A stretch of DNA of 64,000 bases, taken from Candidatus Pacearchaeota archaeon (GTDB taxonomy: Archaea; Nanobdellota; Nanobdellia; Pacearchaeales; GW2011-AR1). Of the stretch, positions 9,028 to 18,458 are shown in pieces. The notes beneath the pieces were generated by a model. It saw only the letters and a program-made list of their open reading frames with translations, was not told where the DNA came from and did not search any database. Position numbers and translations under genes: made by a program. Numbering within the stretch: the first letter of the stretch is position 1; each line of letters begins with the position of its first letter. The stretch is from the NCBI GenBank assembly GCA_050124795.1, contig JASFEO010000004.1, positions 1,968 to 65,967 of the forward strand, in the 5' to 3' direction.

Positions 9028-9653
9028 TTAATCAAGAACAATTATTCGTCCATTTCTCATTCTGCTCTTATTGTTATCTTTTAACTTTAATTCAGGAGCC
9101 GCATAACTCTGCATAAAGACATAACTATGCCCGCATGTTTCAGATCTATCAAAAAAATAAATTGGAATATCATTACTAAATTCTCTTTTTATCTTAACAG
9201 GACTTTCAGCATAGTGTTTAGGAGAACGAAACCCTACAAAATAAGCAACTCCCCATGTTCACCGCAAGTTGTGCAACTATTAAACCTCTTTTCAGTTTTA
9301 ACCCCTCTTAAATCCATCTTAGAAACTTCTCTCACTAAACCTTTTTCAAAACTAACAGGAGTCTCACAAAATTTCCACGTTGAACAAACAGAAGAATTAA
9401 AATTATAATTAATACTCCCAACATTTAATGAAATAGAACTGGGGATAACATCTTCAACCAAACTTCCTGAATGAAAAGGACAATACTTAATTCCAAATTC
9501 TTTCAAAAAATTCTCTGCATTAGCATTTATTCTTTCTTCTCTTTCTTGTTGTGCCACAACAAAATCCCTAACAAAATTTCCAAATTCGCTTGGATGACGA
9601 CTAACATAATCCAATGCTTCTGCAAAATCATCATCACAACCACGAAATCCCAT
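9028..9653 (-). pseudogene. Cys-rich hypothetical protein, apparently frameshifted (about 208 aa if repaired)
   Basis: The track ORF stops at 9234. A start-less 68-codon open frame continues to 9028 in another frame (GFRSPKHYAESPVKIKREF..ETCGHSY..GRIIVLD). One extra T in the T4 run (9238-9241) joins the two. Confidence 0.5.
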
Positions 9654-9700
9654 AACTTAATTTAGAAAAAAGAGTTTTTAAGAATTTGTATAGTGTATTC

Positions 9701-10525
9701 CTAATGAATCGTAAACAACCCATTGCGGGATTCAAAAAAATATTTTCTTGCAAAATCAGATTCAAACATATCGATACGTGTTCCCCCATCTTCATCTTTT
9801 TCGTAAATCCTCACTCCAGTCTCAGCATCAACTGAAAAATCTTTTGACCCTAAACATGCTCCAATATCCCTTATTCGATTGCAAATATTACTAGAGTTAT
9901 TCCCTCCTGCAAAACAAACAACCAATCTAGGATTCCTATCTTTAATCTCCGAGTAAAGTTTTGAAGAATAACTTAAATTAAAGTCATCTCCCTTGCCTCC
10001 TGAAGGATCCATTATTGTTCCCTGAATAAATTTAGAATAATTATTTAACTTTCTTGCAATCTCTTTTTCTCCTTCACCCTCCAAAATTTTTTTAGGCAAT
10101 TGCAAAACTATCTGCATCTCTGGGAACTGATTTAAAATTTTTTCAAGTTCACTCTTTTTTGGCCAGGCTAAATTTAATTGTAAAGCCCTGCAAAGATTAT
10201 CCTTATAAATTCCATCTCTATTAAAAATAGAAATCACATCTTTTGCTAAACCTTGGTCATGTTTTACACCATAATGAACCATGTTAAGCACAGCCTCATT
10301 TGAGTAACTCATAACTCTCGCAAGAGAACTAATAGGGGTGTATCTCTGGTGGGGAATTTTGCCTTTACTAGGAGGAATGCCTTCAAGAGTTTTCTTAATC
10401 ACTAAAAAGCCAATCATTGGAACATGAGAACCCTGCATTGAAAAACCCGCACTCCTGGCGGCATTCATTGCCAAAATATTATCACTAATATTCACAACCC
10501 CAGTAACACCAACATAATTTTTCAT
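9701..10525 (-). CDS. phosphoribosylanthranilate-isomerase-like (TrpF-like) TIM-barrel protein, divergent
   Basis: The motif order parallels PRAI: VGVTG (KICGIT), LQLNLAWP (VQLHG), IMDPSGGKGDDFNLS (GGSGKTFDW), VCFAGGNNSSNI (LSGGLNPENV), FSVDAETGV (VDVSSGVE). Confidence 0.5.
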   Translation of the reverse strand: MKNYVGVTGVVNISDNILAMNAARSAGFSMQGSHVPMIGFLVIKKTLEGIPPSKGKIPHQRYTPISSLARVMSYSNEAVLNMVHYGVKHDQGLAKDVISIFNRDGIYKDNLCRALQLNLAWPKKSELEKILNQFPEMQIVLQLPKKILEGEGEKEIARKLNNYSKFIQGTIMDPSGGKGDDFNLSYSSKLYSEIKDRNPRLVVCFAGGNNSSNICNRIRDIGACLGSKDFSVDAETGVRIYEKDEDGGTRIDMFESDFARKYFFESRNGLFTIH

Positions 10526-10577
10526 CCAATAAAAACCAAAAACTTCTTTTTAAAAATTTATATTCAAATTAACAAGT

Positions 10578-10991
10578 TTACTTATTCAACAACAACTCAA
10601 TCTTCTTAGGATTTCTTTTTATTTCCTTAACAATTGTCGCAGGACCAATAATTGTTATTGACGTTAAATCCCCGCCGGACAAAGCACTCACAATTCCCTT
10701 TTTAAATTTTCCAAACAAACTAGAATTTCCATTTCCTGCAATCACAGCGAGTTCAATTCCCTTAAAATCCTTTACATGATTTATCATTGCCATGGTGTCT
10801 CCGATTAATCTTGTTTCCTCCATTGGTCTCAGTCTCCCCTGCAAAATCAAAATATTATTTCCAAAAACAATATCAAGAACTTTTCTGATTCTCTCATCTG
10901 AATTTAAATCCCTTATTTCTGAGAACGGCAAAAACTGCAATTGCAACCCCCTTAACTTCCCAACAGTCTTCCCCCTCTTTTTTTTCGCCAT
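10578..10991 (-). CDS. DUF2073-like conserved archaeal protein (OapB-like)
   Basis: 137 aa. LQGRLRPMEETRLIGDTMAMI...FKGIEL fits my recollection of DUF2073. It lies directly downstream of the small GTPase gene. Confidence 0.5.
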   Translation of the reverse strand: MAKKKRGKTVGKLRGLQLQFLPFSEIRDLNSDERIRKVLDIVFGNNILILQGRLRPMEETRLIGDTMAMINHVKDFKGIELAVIAGNGNSSLFGKFKKGIVSALSGGDLTSITIIGPATIVKEIKRNPKKIELLLNK

Positions 10992-11029
10992 TTTATTATT
11001 AATGTTTTTTAACTTTTAAAATTATTTAA

Positions 11030-11671
11030 TTATAGTTTTTTAGTTAATTTAAAAATTGATTCATAAAATTCTTCCAAGTTGTCGCCATACTTTGCACTGA
11101 TTGAAACCAAGTCATATTCAGAAAATGCAGCCTCAATTCTTTTGACATCTGAAGATTTTAAATCAGTTTTATTCGCAACAATTAAAACAGGAATTTTCCT
11201 TGCAACTAAATTTCCAATAATAGTTATATTAACCTGGTTATACGGGTTCTCAGTTGAATCTAAAACAACAACAACTATGTCCATGTCATCAAGCCACTTT
11301 ATACTTTCAATAACTCCCTGCGTTGCTTCTTTGGCCCGCTTCTTAGCTTCCTTTTTCTTTACCTTAAATTTTAGAAATTCTTCATAATCAATTTTTGTGG
11401 CGATCCCGGGAGTATCAATCATCTTAAACACCAAAGTTTTTCCCTTGTATTTAATTTCAACCTTTTCCTTAAACTGAACATTCCTTGTCTCATGAGGAAC
11501 TTTTGAAACACTTCCGATTTCCTCTCCTGTAAAATCCTTACAAATTCTGTTTGCTAAAGAAGTCTTTCCTGCATTAGGTGGACCATAAAACCCAAGCTTG
11601 ACCTCTTTTTTATTTCTGAAAATTCCTGAAAAAACCCTCCCAAAAAAATTCTTAAAAATTTTTATTACCAT
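11030..11671 (-). CDS. small GTP-binding protein (OapA-like / Era-like)
   Basis: G1 GPPNAGKTS, G3 DTPGI and G4 NKTD in the correct order. Confidence 0.8.
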   Translation of the reverse strand: MVIKIFKNFFGRVFSGIFRNKKEVKLGFYGPPNAGKTSLANRICKDFTGEEIGSVSKVPHETRNVQFKEKVEIKYKGKTLVFKMIDTPGIATKIDYEEFLKFKVKKKEAKKRAKEATQGVIESIKWLDDMDIVVVVLDSTENPYNQVNITIIGNLVARKIPVLIVANKTDLKSSDVKRIEAAFSEYDLVSISAKYGDNLEEFYESIFKLTKKL

Positions 11672-11721
11672 AATTCAATTTACCAATTAGACTTTATTAA
11701 GTTTATTGTGTTCTTTCACAA

Positions 11722-14394
11722 TCATCTCCTAAATCCCCTTCTTTGATTAAATCGATTAAACGGATTTTTATTTTGCTTTTTATCAAGAACTCCTTTTTTC
11801 TTTAACTTATCCAAAACCTTGCCAATCGGAAGTTCAAACATTCCTGTCCGCTTTCCGGCATGCTTTTTCATTGCATAATTAACCTGCTCAGAATTCCAAC
11901 CCGCCTTTCTTAACTTAGAATAAATATCCTTATCCTTAACACCTTTCTTCCGCGAGTTCTGAATATAAACAACAAGATTATACAAATTATTTCTATTCTT
12001 AAATAAATAAGTTTCATACCGATTCTTATACCAGCGCTGCAGAACAACATAAACAATCAATCCTATAAGAATCAACAAAGACAAAATAGAGCCAAACAAA
12101 ACCCATCTTGAAAAGGTTTCCTCTTCCTGAACAGAAGTAACCTTAGCCGAAAGTAATTCATCAATCTCCGGGGAAATAAAAAAAGGAAGATTAGTAAAAT
12201 CAACATCCTCTGTTGTTGAAAAAGAAACAGTCTCTTCTCCTTCCAGTAAAAAGTAAGTAAAACCAGACTCCTCGCTCTCAAGATAATCCCCATCAAAATA
12301 AAGATCATCTAAATTCTCTATTATAAAATAAGGCTCCCTTCCAAATTCCTCTTTTGGACTTACATCTATTTCAAAAAATCTCAAAATAGGTTCATCATGA
12401 GAAACATACCTCGCAGAAATTTCTTTAAAAGTTATCTTTGTACCAAGGTTCTCCTGGTTCCACGACAAAATTGCTTTAAGATATTCATCAGTTCTGTCAA
12501 TATCATAAATTCCCCCGCCAACAGTTTCAAGAATATACAAATCTATATATTCCTCCCTCGGGAAATAGGCAATTGAATTCGCACTCTTAGTTGTAAGGAC
12601 TAATTCAGGAATTTGCAGATCAAGAAGATCAGTCATAATCTGGTTATACTCTTCCTCAAAAAATGAATCCCCATAATCCTTCTTAAGCCTTTTTAATTCA
12701 TCCTCAAAAAATTCAAAATCAAAAAAAGAATTCAGGCGTTCCTGATAAAAACTATCAAAACCCTCTATCTGGAGTTTCACATTTTTCAAATCCCTTGTCT
12801 TCTTAATAAAAGTGGTGTTTATCAAATTTTCAGGGGACACAACTTCGATATCAAATTCCTTAAAAGAAGACCTCCCAAGAGAATCGACAACAGTCACCCC
12901 GAGTGTATAATCCCCCGAAGACGCATATGTATGGGTGACCTGATTGATTGGGGTTATCCCCGTCTCACCATCGCCAAAATCCCACTCAAAACTCGCAGAG
13001 TTATTATTTAAAATCGGGACTATAAAAAGTGTTGGAAAAGCAGAAGCAGTTTTAGAAGGATAAATATTTCCAATCAAAGGAACATCTTCTATTGAGATAG
13101 TTTTAGAAAAAATTTGCTCATCATTAAATTTCAAAGTAAAATCAAAAGAACCATACTCCCCAGGAAGGATAAACCCCCCGCCATCAAGATGAAGCTTCTG
13201 GAAATCCGCGCTCAATAAAGAAGGGGTCTCGCCCAAAGCATAAAAATTATTCTCCTCTATCCCAACAAGACCTGGCTTACTATGAATAAGTTTAAGATTA
13301 TCAATTGTCAATTCCTGGTCTTTCCCTGAGATGATTCTTATAGGGATTATGCAACCATTTGAACAATTAAGCCCCCCATAACGATCAAAAAGATAATTAT
13401 TCACAAGCCCGCTAAAACTATTCCCCCCGGGAAGAACATTTGACACATTCAACACTCCCACAGAAGCAAAAGCCCTTGTCTGAGCAAAAAGCTGATAAGA
13501 ATTAGTCTCTCCCTTAACAGGAAATCCATTAAAACCACACAATTCTCCTGAAGAATATCCTCTTGTTCGGTATTCCCCGTCCCCCTCATCTGAATAAAGA
13601 CACACATAATAATCAGAAGGAGTTGCCACCATATAATCTACATCACATGAAACTTCACTCCCATTCGCAGTTATATTCTCTTTTGGTAAATCACATGACC
13701 TTTTAAAATCTCCATCAAGAGTATAAAGAGCCATTGTTAAATCCTTATTCCCCCCTTCTTCCTCGTAAACCCACGCTCCAAGCTTAAGCCCGGCAGAGCC
13801 AAATAAACTAATTCTCTGGCAATAAGGGAGGTTTGTTATTGCAGGGTTATAAAAATCTTCTGTTTCATTAAAACAACCATAGCTTTTAAGAAAACCACAT
13901 ACATCCAAAAGCGCCTTATCATTCCCATAATCAATAACTCCGTCATCTAATATGTCAAGACTCACCTGATTATAACAGGATGAAGAAGCATCACTCTCAA
14001 TATTAAAACTAATTGAAGTTATTGATTGGATTTCTCCTGAAACTCTAAGCCCGATAATTTCAGAATCCCTTGAGCCAAAAGAAAAACTTTTAGAAGTTTC
14101 AGGATTAGAAACAAAATAATCAGGGACACAATTAGTAGTAGTGCATGTATAAATAAAGCCAGGGGTATTGTTTGCCAGTGTGCCCAAACTAACTAAATTG
14201 CCAAAAGAATCTTCAAAAGAAGAATTAGCAGGTTCATCATTAAAACTTAAATTTACCCATCCGGTAAAATCCGCGCCAGGACCATAAATAGAAGAAGTAG
14301 AATGCGAAGGCTCTCCAATATTAAAAGATGCACAAACAAAAGCAGATAGAAAAACTGCCAAGGATAAAACTACAAAACCTCTTTTTTTCATCAT
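11722..14394 (-). CDS. large secreted surface protein with a PKD domain and a C-terminal membrane anchor
   Basis: Sec-type signal peptide. PKD-like WDFGDGE...HTYASSGDYTLGVTVVD. TM helix WVLFGSILSLLILIGLIVYVV near the C-terminus, then a basic tail. Confidence 0.75.
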   Translation of the reverse strand: MMKKRGFVVLSLAVFLSAFVCASFNIGEPSHSTSSIYGPGADFTGWVNLSFNDEPANSSFEDSFGNLVSLGTLANNTPGFIYTCTTTNCVPDYFVSNPETSKSFSFGSRDSEIIGLRVSGEIQSITSISFNIESDASSSCYNQVSLDILDDGVIDYGNDKALLDVCGFLKSYGCFNETEDFYNPAITNLPYCQRISLFGSAGLKLGAWVYEEEGGNKDLTMALYTLDGDFKRSCDLPKENITANGSEVSCDVDYMVATPSDYYVCLYSDEGDGEYRTRGYSSGELCGFNGFPVKGETNSYQLFAQTRAFASVGVLNVSNVLPGGNSFSGLVNNYLFDRYGGLNCSNGCIIPIRIISGKDQELTIDNLKLIHSKPGLVGIEENNFYALGETPSLLSADFQKLHLDGGGFILPGEYGSFDFTLKFNDEQIFSKTISIEDVPLIGNIYPSKTASAFPTLFIVPILNNNSASFEWDFGDGETGITPINQVTHTYASSGDYTLGVTVVDSLGRSSFKEFDIEVVSPENLINTTFIKKTRDLKNVKLQIEGFDSFYQERLNSFFDFEFFEDELKRLKKDYGDSFFEEEYNQIMTDLLDLQIPELVLTTKSANSIAYFPREEYIDLYILETVGGGIYDIDRTDEYLKAILSWNQENLGTKITFKEISARYVSHDEPILRFFEIDVSPKEEFGREPYFIIENLDDLYFDGDYLESEESGFTYFLLEGEETVSFSTTEDVDFTNLPFFISPEIDELLSAKVTSVQEEETFSRWVLFGSILSLLILIGLIVYVVLQRWYKNRYETYLFKNRNNLYNLVVYIQNSRKKGVKDKDIYSKLRKAGWNSEQVNYAMKKHAGKRTGMFELPIGKVLDKLKKKGVLDKKQNKNPFNRFNQRRGFRR

Positions 14395-14436
14395 TAAAAA
14401 AATAAATAAAACAAGTTTATAAAATTATTTATCAAA

Positions 14437-15993
14437 TTACTTCGCCTTCTTTTTTGATTTTCTTTTCTTAGTTTTTTTAAAATTTTTATTCTTAAAAATT
14501 ATATATCCCAAAATTAAAATAACCGCAACAATCACAAAATTCTTAAGGGTAAAAAAAGAAAGCTGAACCTTGGCAGGACATTGCAAAGTGCTGCTTCCGC
14601 CGAGACATTCTGTCAACAAAGAATTAATTCCGTTGAACAAAGGATCATAATGCCACAAATCATCAAATCCGGTTTCTATTAAAGAATCAAAGAAAACACA
14701 GCTTAGCGCATCTCCCCCGGCGGCCATGCATTCTGCCTGACTTCCCCATCCACTATTATCTGTTGGCCAATCAATATCTGCGACCCATGAATAAGTTAAA
14801 AATCCATCATTACAATCATCATTAGTATTTTCATTATAATTGCAGATACCAATTCCTAAAGAAGAAGTATCATATTCATAACCCAAACTTTCATTAACAG
14901 ATTCCCATCCTGCATTACACTCTCCTGTAGAATTCTCCCAAAAACAATTGCATACATAGCCATCCCCACAAGTGATATCCTCATTAATCGCTCCAACACT
15001 ATCTACCGCTACAAGACAAGTATCTTGGGTACATGTTGTTTCAGCGCCATAATCCCTGCAATAATTAATATTAACACAACTTCCTCCGCTAATAGTAAGT
15101 GCAAGGTCATTGCTCTGCCTTGAATCTACCTCAAAAAAGAATTCTCCTAAATCAGAAGTCTTAGATAAATCATCCTGTGTAATTGTCCAATAAACTATAC
15201 TTGTTCCATTGCTGTCAACATCGCCAATTAAAGCATCACTTCCTGTCCTGATTTCATCATCATCACTAATAAAAGGAATATAAGGATCATCTTCAAATAT
15301 CTCAAAAGAAACAGTTCCACTGGGAGGATCAACATTTTTTACAACAAGTGCTACCTGAGTAACTCCGGGCACAACTTCCAGATAACTAACTGCATAACGG
15401 GGGTCATTTGGGCTCCCCCAATAGATTTCCCCTGAAACACACCTCCCATTAAGATTACAGACTTCTTCTGCTGCACATCCCGGGGGGCAAGTTCCCCCGC
15501 AACCATCATCTCCGCATTCCTTACCAGTACAATTAGCAACACAACGCTGGCGACAGCAAACTTTTATAGGATATGTTGCAAAATCTGACAAGTGAGCATT
15601 TGTTGTAGAAGACAATGAAAGCATCGGGATATCATACCCCGCCGGGCATGAGCCAGAATTACTTGAACACTCTAGATCCCCGAAATAAACATTAGTTGCA
15701 TAATTAGTTAGACTTGGGATTTCTGCATGAGCATTCGTAGAAGAAGAAAGACCAAAAATTTTATTATTCCCGTCCTGTGTATGGTTGCCAGTAAAATTAC
15801 AGCAAAGAAAATAATTATAATTTGCCCCGTCATATACTTCTGCATGAGCATTTGTTGTATCGGATAATTTAAGAACAGTGTTTTCAGGAGCGCACGAAGT
15901 CTGAATATCACAATAATCTGCAGCAGAAACAACTAAGGAAAAAAATACAATTAAAAATAATCCTACAAAAAACAAACCCCTTTTTCTATCCAT
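14437..15993 (-). CDS. Cys-rich secreted surface protein with a 3x TNAH repeat and a C-terminal TM anchor
   Basis: Signal peptide. Three repeats (LSDTTNAHAEV / LSSSTNAHAEI / LSSTTNAHLSD). A CGDDGCGGTC module. C-terminal TM plus a K-rich tail. Confidence 0.75.
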   Translation of the reverse strand: MDRKRGLFFVGLFLIVFFSLVVSAADYCDIQTSCAPENTVLKLSDTTNAHAEVYDGANYNYFLCCNFTGNHTQDGNNKIFGLSSSTNAHAEIPSLTNYATNVYFGDLECSSNSGSCPAGYDIPMLSLSSTTNAHLSDFATYPIKVCCRQRCVANCTGKECGDDGCGGTCPPGCAAEEVCNLNGRCVSGEIYWGSPNDPRYAVSYLEVVPGVTQVALVVKNVDPPSGTVSFEIFEDDPYIPFISDDDEIRTGSDALIGDVDSNGTSIVYWTITQDDLSKTSDLGEFFFEVDSRQSNDLALTISGGSCVNINYCRDYGAETTCTQDTCLVAVDSVGAINEDITCGDGYVCNCFWENSTGECNAGWESVNESLGYEYDTSSLGIGICNYNENTNDDCNDGFLTYSWVADIDWPTDNSGWGSQAECMAAGGDALSCVFFDSLIETGFDDLWHYDPLFNGINSLLTECLGGSSTLQCPAKVQLSFFTLKNFVIVAVILILGYIIFKNKNFKKTKKRKSKKKAK

Positions 15994-16035
15994 CTTAACT
16001 GTATTAATAAAATGAGTTTTATAAATCTTTTGAAA

Positions 16036-17460
16036 TTAACCCTTAACAACTGTTAATGGTTTCAATCTTGCAACCTTCTTGCTTATCCCAAGTTCATCAA
16101 CAACCCTTACAACCTCGTCGATGTCCTTGTAAACTTCAGGAGCTTCCTCTGACAAACTCTTAACACTCCCTGCCATAACTTCAATTCCTTTTTTATGAAG
16201 ACTTTCCTCCACACTCTCACCTTTAATATTTTTAATTGCCTTGCTTCTCGATAAAACCCTCCCTGCACCATGAACAGTTGAACCCCATGTTAATCCTTCT
16301 GCTTTTTTTGTTCCAACTAAAACATAAGAAGAAGTCCCCATGCTCCCGGGGATCAAAACCGGCTGCCCAACTTTTCTATACTTTTCCGGGACTTCAATTC
16401 TTCCAGGACCAAAACTTCTCGTCGCGCCCTTTCTATGAACGCAAATTTTTTTCTTTTCACCGTTAATTTCATATTCTTCAAACTTTGCAATATTATGGCA
16501 CACTTCATAAACAACTTCAATCTTCAAATTCTTTTTATCAAAAAATAATTTTTCCAATTCCTCACGAATCCAGTGCGTAATTAATTGCTTATTTGCGAAT
16601 GCAAAATTTGCTGCAGCATTGTGCGCTGCCAAATAATCCCGCCCCAATTTAGAATTTATTGGCGCATTAATTAATTCCCTGTCAGGCAAATCGCGAAAGC
16701 CATATTCACTTTCCATTTTTTTAATATAATCGCTTGCAATCTGATGGCCCAATCCTCTAGAACCGCAATGAATCATAATTGTCACATTTCCTTTTTTTAA
16801 ATTAAAAACTTCTGCAACCCCCTCATCAAAAATTTCATCAACATATTGAATCTCAAGAAAATGATTCCCTGCCCCCAAAGTTCCAAGCTGCCCGACTCCC
16901 CGCCGAATTGCTCTCTCAGAAATCTTAGTTGCATCAGCCCCATTCAAACACCCTTCCTCTTCAATATTAAGATAATCCTCCTTCTTTCCAAAACCTTTCT
17001 CAACAATATATTTGCTCCCTTCTTCAAGAACTCTAAAAAATTCTTTTTTTGTAATATTAAATCCGCTCCCCCTTCCGACCCCCGAAGGTATTTTTTTATA
17101 AAGTGCTTCAACAACTTCTTTTTGTTTTTTTAAAATATCTTCCTTTGTCAAATTTGTTCTAAGCAATCTAACTGAGCAATCAATATCATAACCAACACCC
17201 CCCGGAGAAATAACTCCTTTTTCCAAATCAAACGCAGCAACCCCGCCGATTGAAAACCCATATCCTTGGTGAGCATCAGGAAGCGCGATTGAATAATTCA
17301 AAATCCCAGGCAAACACGCAACATTTTTCACCTGCTCAATTGTCTTATCTTGTTTTATTGCTTCAAAAATTTTCTCAGACGCAAAAATCCTCGCAGGAAC
17401 ATTCATCTTCCCTTCTTTTGGAATTTCATAAATATTCTCAGAAATTTTTTTTATCTCCAT
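16036..17460 (-). CDS. rtcB: RtcB RNA 3'-phosphate ligase (tRNA-splicing ligase)
   Basis: ALPDAHQGYGFSIGGVAAFD, GYDIDCSVR, GAGNHFLE and HCGSRGLGHQ are canonical RtcB motifs. Confidence 0.95.
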   Translation of the reverse strand: MEIKKISENIYEIPKEGKMNVPARIFASEKIFEAIKQDKTIEQVKNVACLPGILNYSIALPDAHQGYGFSIGGVAAFDLEKGVISPGGVGYDIDCSVRLLRTNLTKEDILKKQKEVVEALYKKIPSGVGRGSGFNITKKEFFRVLEEGSKYIVEKGFGKKEDYLNIEEEGCLNGADATKISERAIRRGVGQLGTLGAGNHFLEIQYVDEIFDEGVAEVFNLKKGNVTIMIHCGSRGLGHQIASDYIKKMESEYGFRDLPDRELINAPINSKLGRDYLAAHNAAANFAFANKQLITHWIREELEKLFFDKKNLKIEVVYEVCHNIAKFEEYEINGEKKKICVHRKGATRSFGPGRIEVPEKYRKVGQPVLIPGSMGTSSYVLVGTKKAEGLTWGSTVHGAGRVLSRSKAIKNIKGESVEESLHKKGIEVMAGSVKSLSEEAPEVYKDIDEVVRVVDELGISKKVARLKPLTVVKG

Positions 17461-17494
17461 TCAAAATAAAAATAAGAGAATTATTTAAAATTAT

Positions 17495-17905
17495 CTAAAC
17501 ATCCAAAACAACCTGCACGACCCACTTTTCATTTTCTTTTTTTACAAACATCTGGTTATATGTTATAGCCTTAACATTATTTGTAAAGTCATAATTCTTT
17601 GACTCATCACCAAAAACTTCGGCACTCAAATTTCCGTTTATAATTTTAATATTCCTTATTTCACTAATTAAAAAATTCTCTGAATCAAGCAAATACAAAA
17701 ACTCTTCCAAAAAATTATAAAGAAGACTTTCATCATCCTTTGCCTTAATCTTTATTTTCTTCCTTATCTTTTTCTGAATTTTTAACCCCCCGCAGATAGA
17801 TTCTCGTAATGCAAAAAAAGAATTTCTAAATGCCCCCTCCTTTGTTTTTCCAAATGCCTGAAATTTTATATCTGCAGTATGTTCTAGGAATTTAAAATTT
17901 TTCAT
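17495..17905 (-). CDS. archease (RtcB activator)
   Basis: FKFLEHTADIKFQAFG N-terminus, about 136 aa, directly upstream of rtcB. Confidence 0.85.
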   Translation of the reverse strand: MKNFKFLEHTADIKFQAFGKTKEGAFRNSFFALRESICGGLKIQKKIRKKIKIKAKDDESLLYNFLEEFLYLLDSENFLISEIRNIKIINGNLSAEVFGDESKNYDFTNNVKAITYNQMFVKKENEKWVVQVVLDV

Positions 17906-18381
17906 TTAACATAACAAAAAAGTTTTAATTGCCTTGGGCTAAAAACTGCATAATTCGCAACAATAGTTATCGCCTGTGTATAAATCTCTCCGTCCAAACT
18001 TCCTTCCAAAAGACATGGGTCCTCCAATTCACAAATCCTCGCCGTGCAATTAAGATATTCAGGAGTTTGTTCAATTATTCTGTCTCTTACTCCCTGCAAA
18101 ATCCTTTCCCCGTTATTATCAAACTCCTCCCAAGGAATAGGCAAGGAACTTTCATTAAGTAAAGGACTATAGCTTGATCTGTTTGAAACAAGAATATTAT
18201 TTCTTAAAGTCTCATCAACCTGAACTCCCCTTAAAATAGAAAGCTGCGCATCATAGATTTCCGTCGATAGATCTCTTCCGATATAGCCTTTATTAATAAC
18301 CATCAGCAAAACCCCCACAATTAACAATATCGAAACAAACGCTTCAACAATCTTCATCCAACCCCTTTTATTTTTTAACAT
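17902..18381 (-). CDS. prepilin-like protein (class III signal peptide)
   Basis: MLKNKRG/WMKIVEAFVSILLIVGVLLMV: a basic-Gly cleavage-type motif followed by a hydrophobic helix. The stop overlaps the archease start (ATGA). Confidence 0.6.
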   Translation of the reverse strand: MLKNKRGWMKIVEAFVSILLIVGVLLMVINKGYIGRDLSTEIYDAQLSILRGVQVDETLRNNILVSNRSSYSPLLNESSLPIPWEEFDNNGERILQGVRDRIIEQTPEYLNCTARICELEDPCLLEGSLDGEIYTQAITIVANYAVFSPRQLKLFCYVK

Positions 18382-18458
18382 AATAAATAAAACAAATTTG
18401 ACTTAATAAATTTAATTATTAACCTATTTCTTAAATAAATCAGTCTCTGCAAAAAATC

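Noticed and set aside
9127-9665. Plus-strand ORFs 9127-9408 and 9471-9665
   Set aside because: They are antisense to the (frameshifted) Cys-rich gene on the minus strand, which has the more protein-like translation and fits the co-directional operon.
7953-11671. Replication origin near the oap-like genes
   Set aside because: I found no orc1/cdc6 gene, ORB-like repeats or long AT-rich unwinding element flanked by repeats in this interval. The idea is mentioned only as a possibility in the finding.
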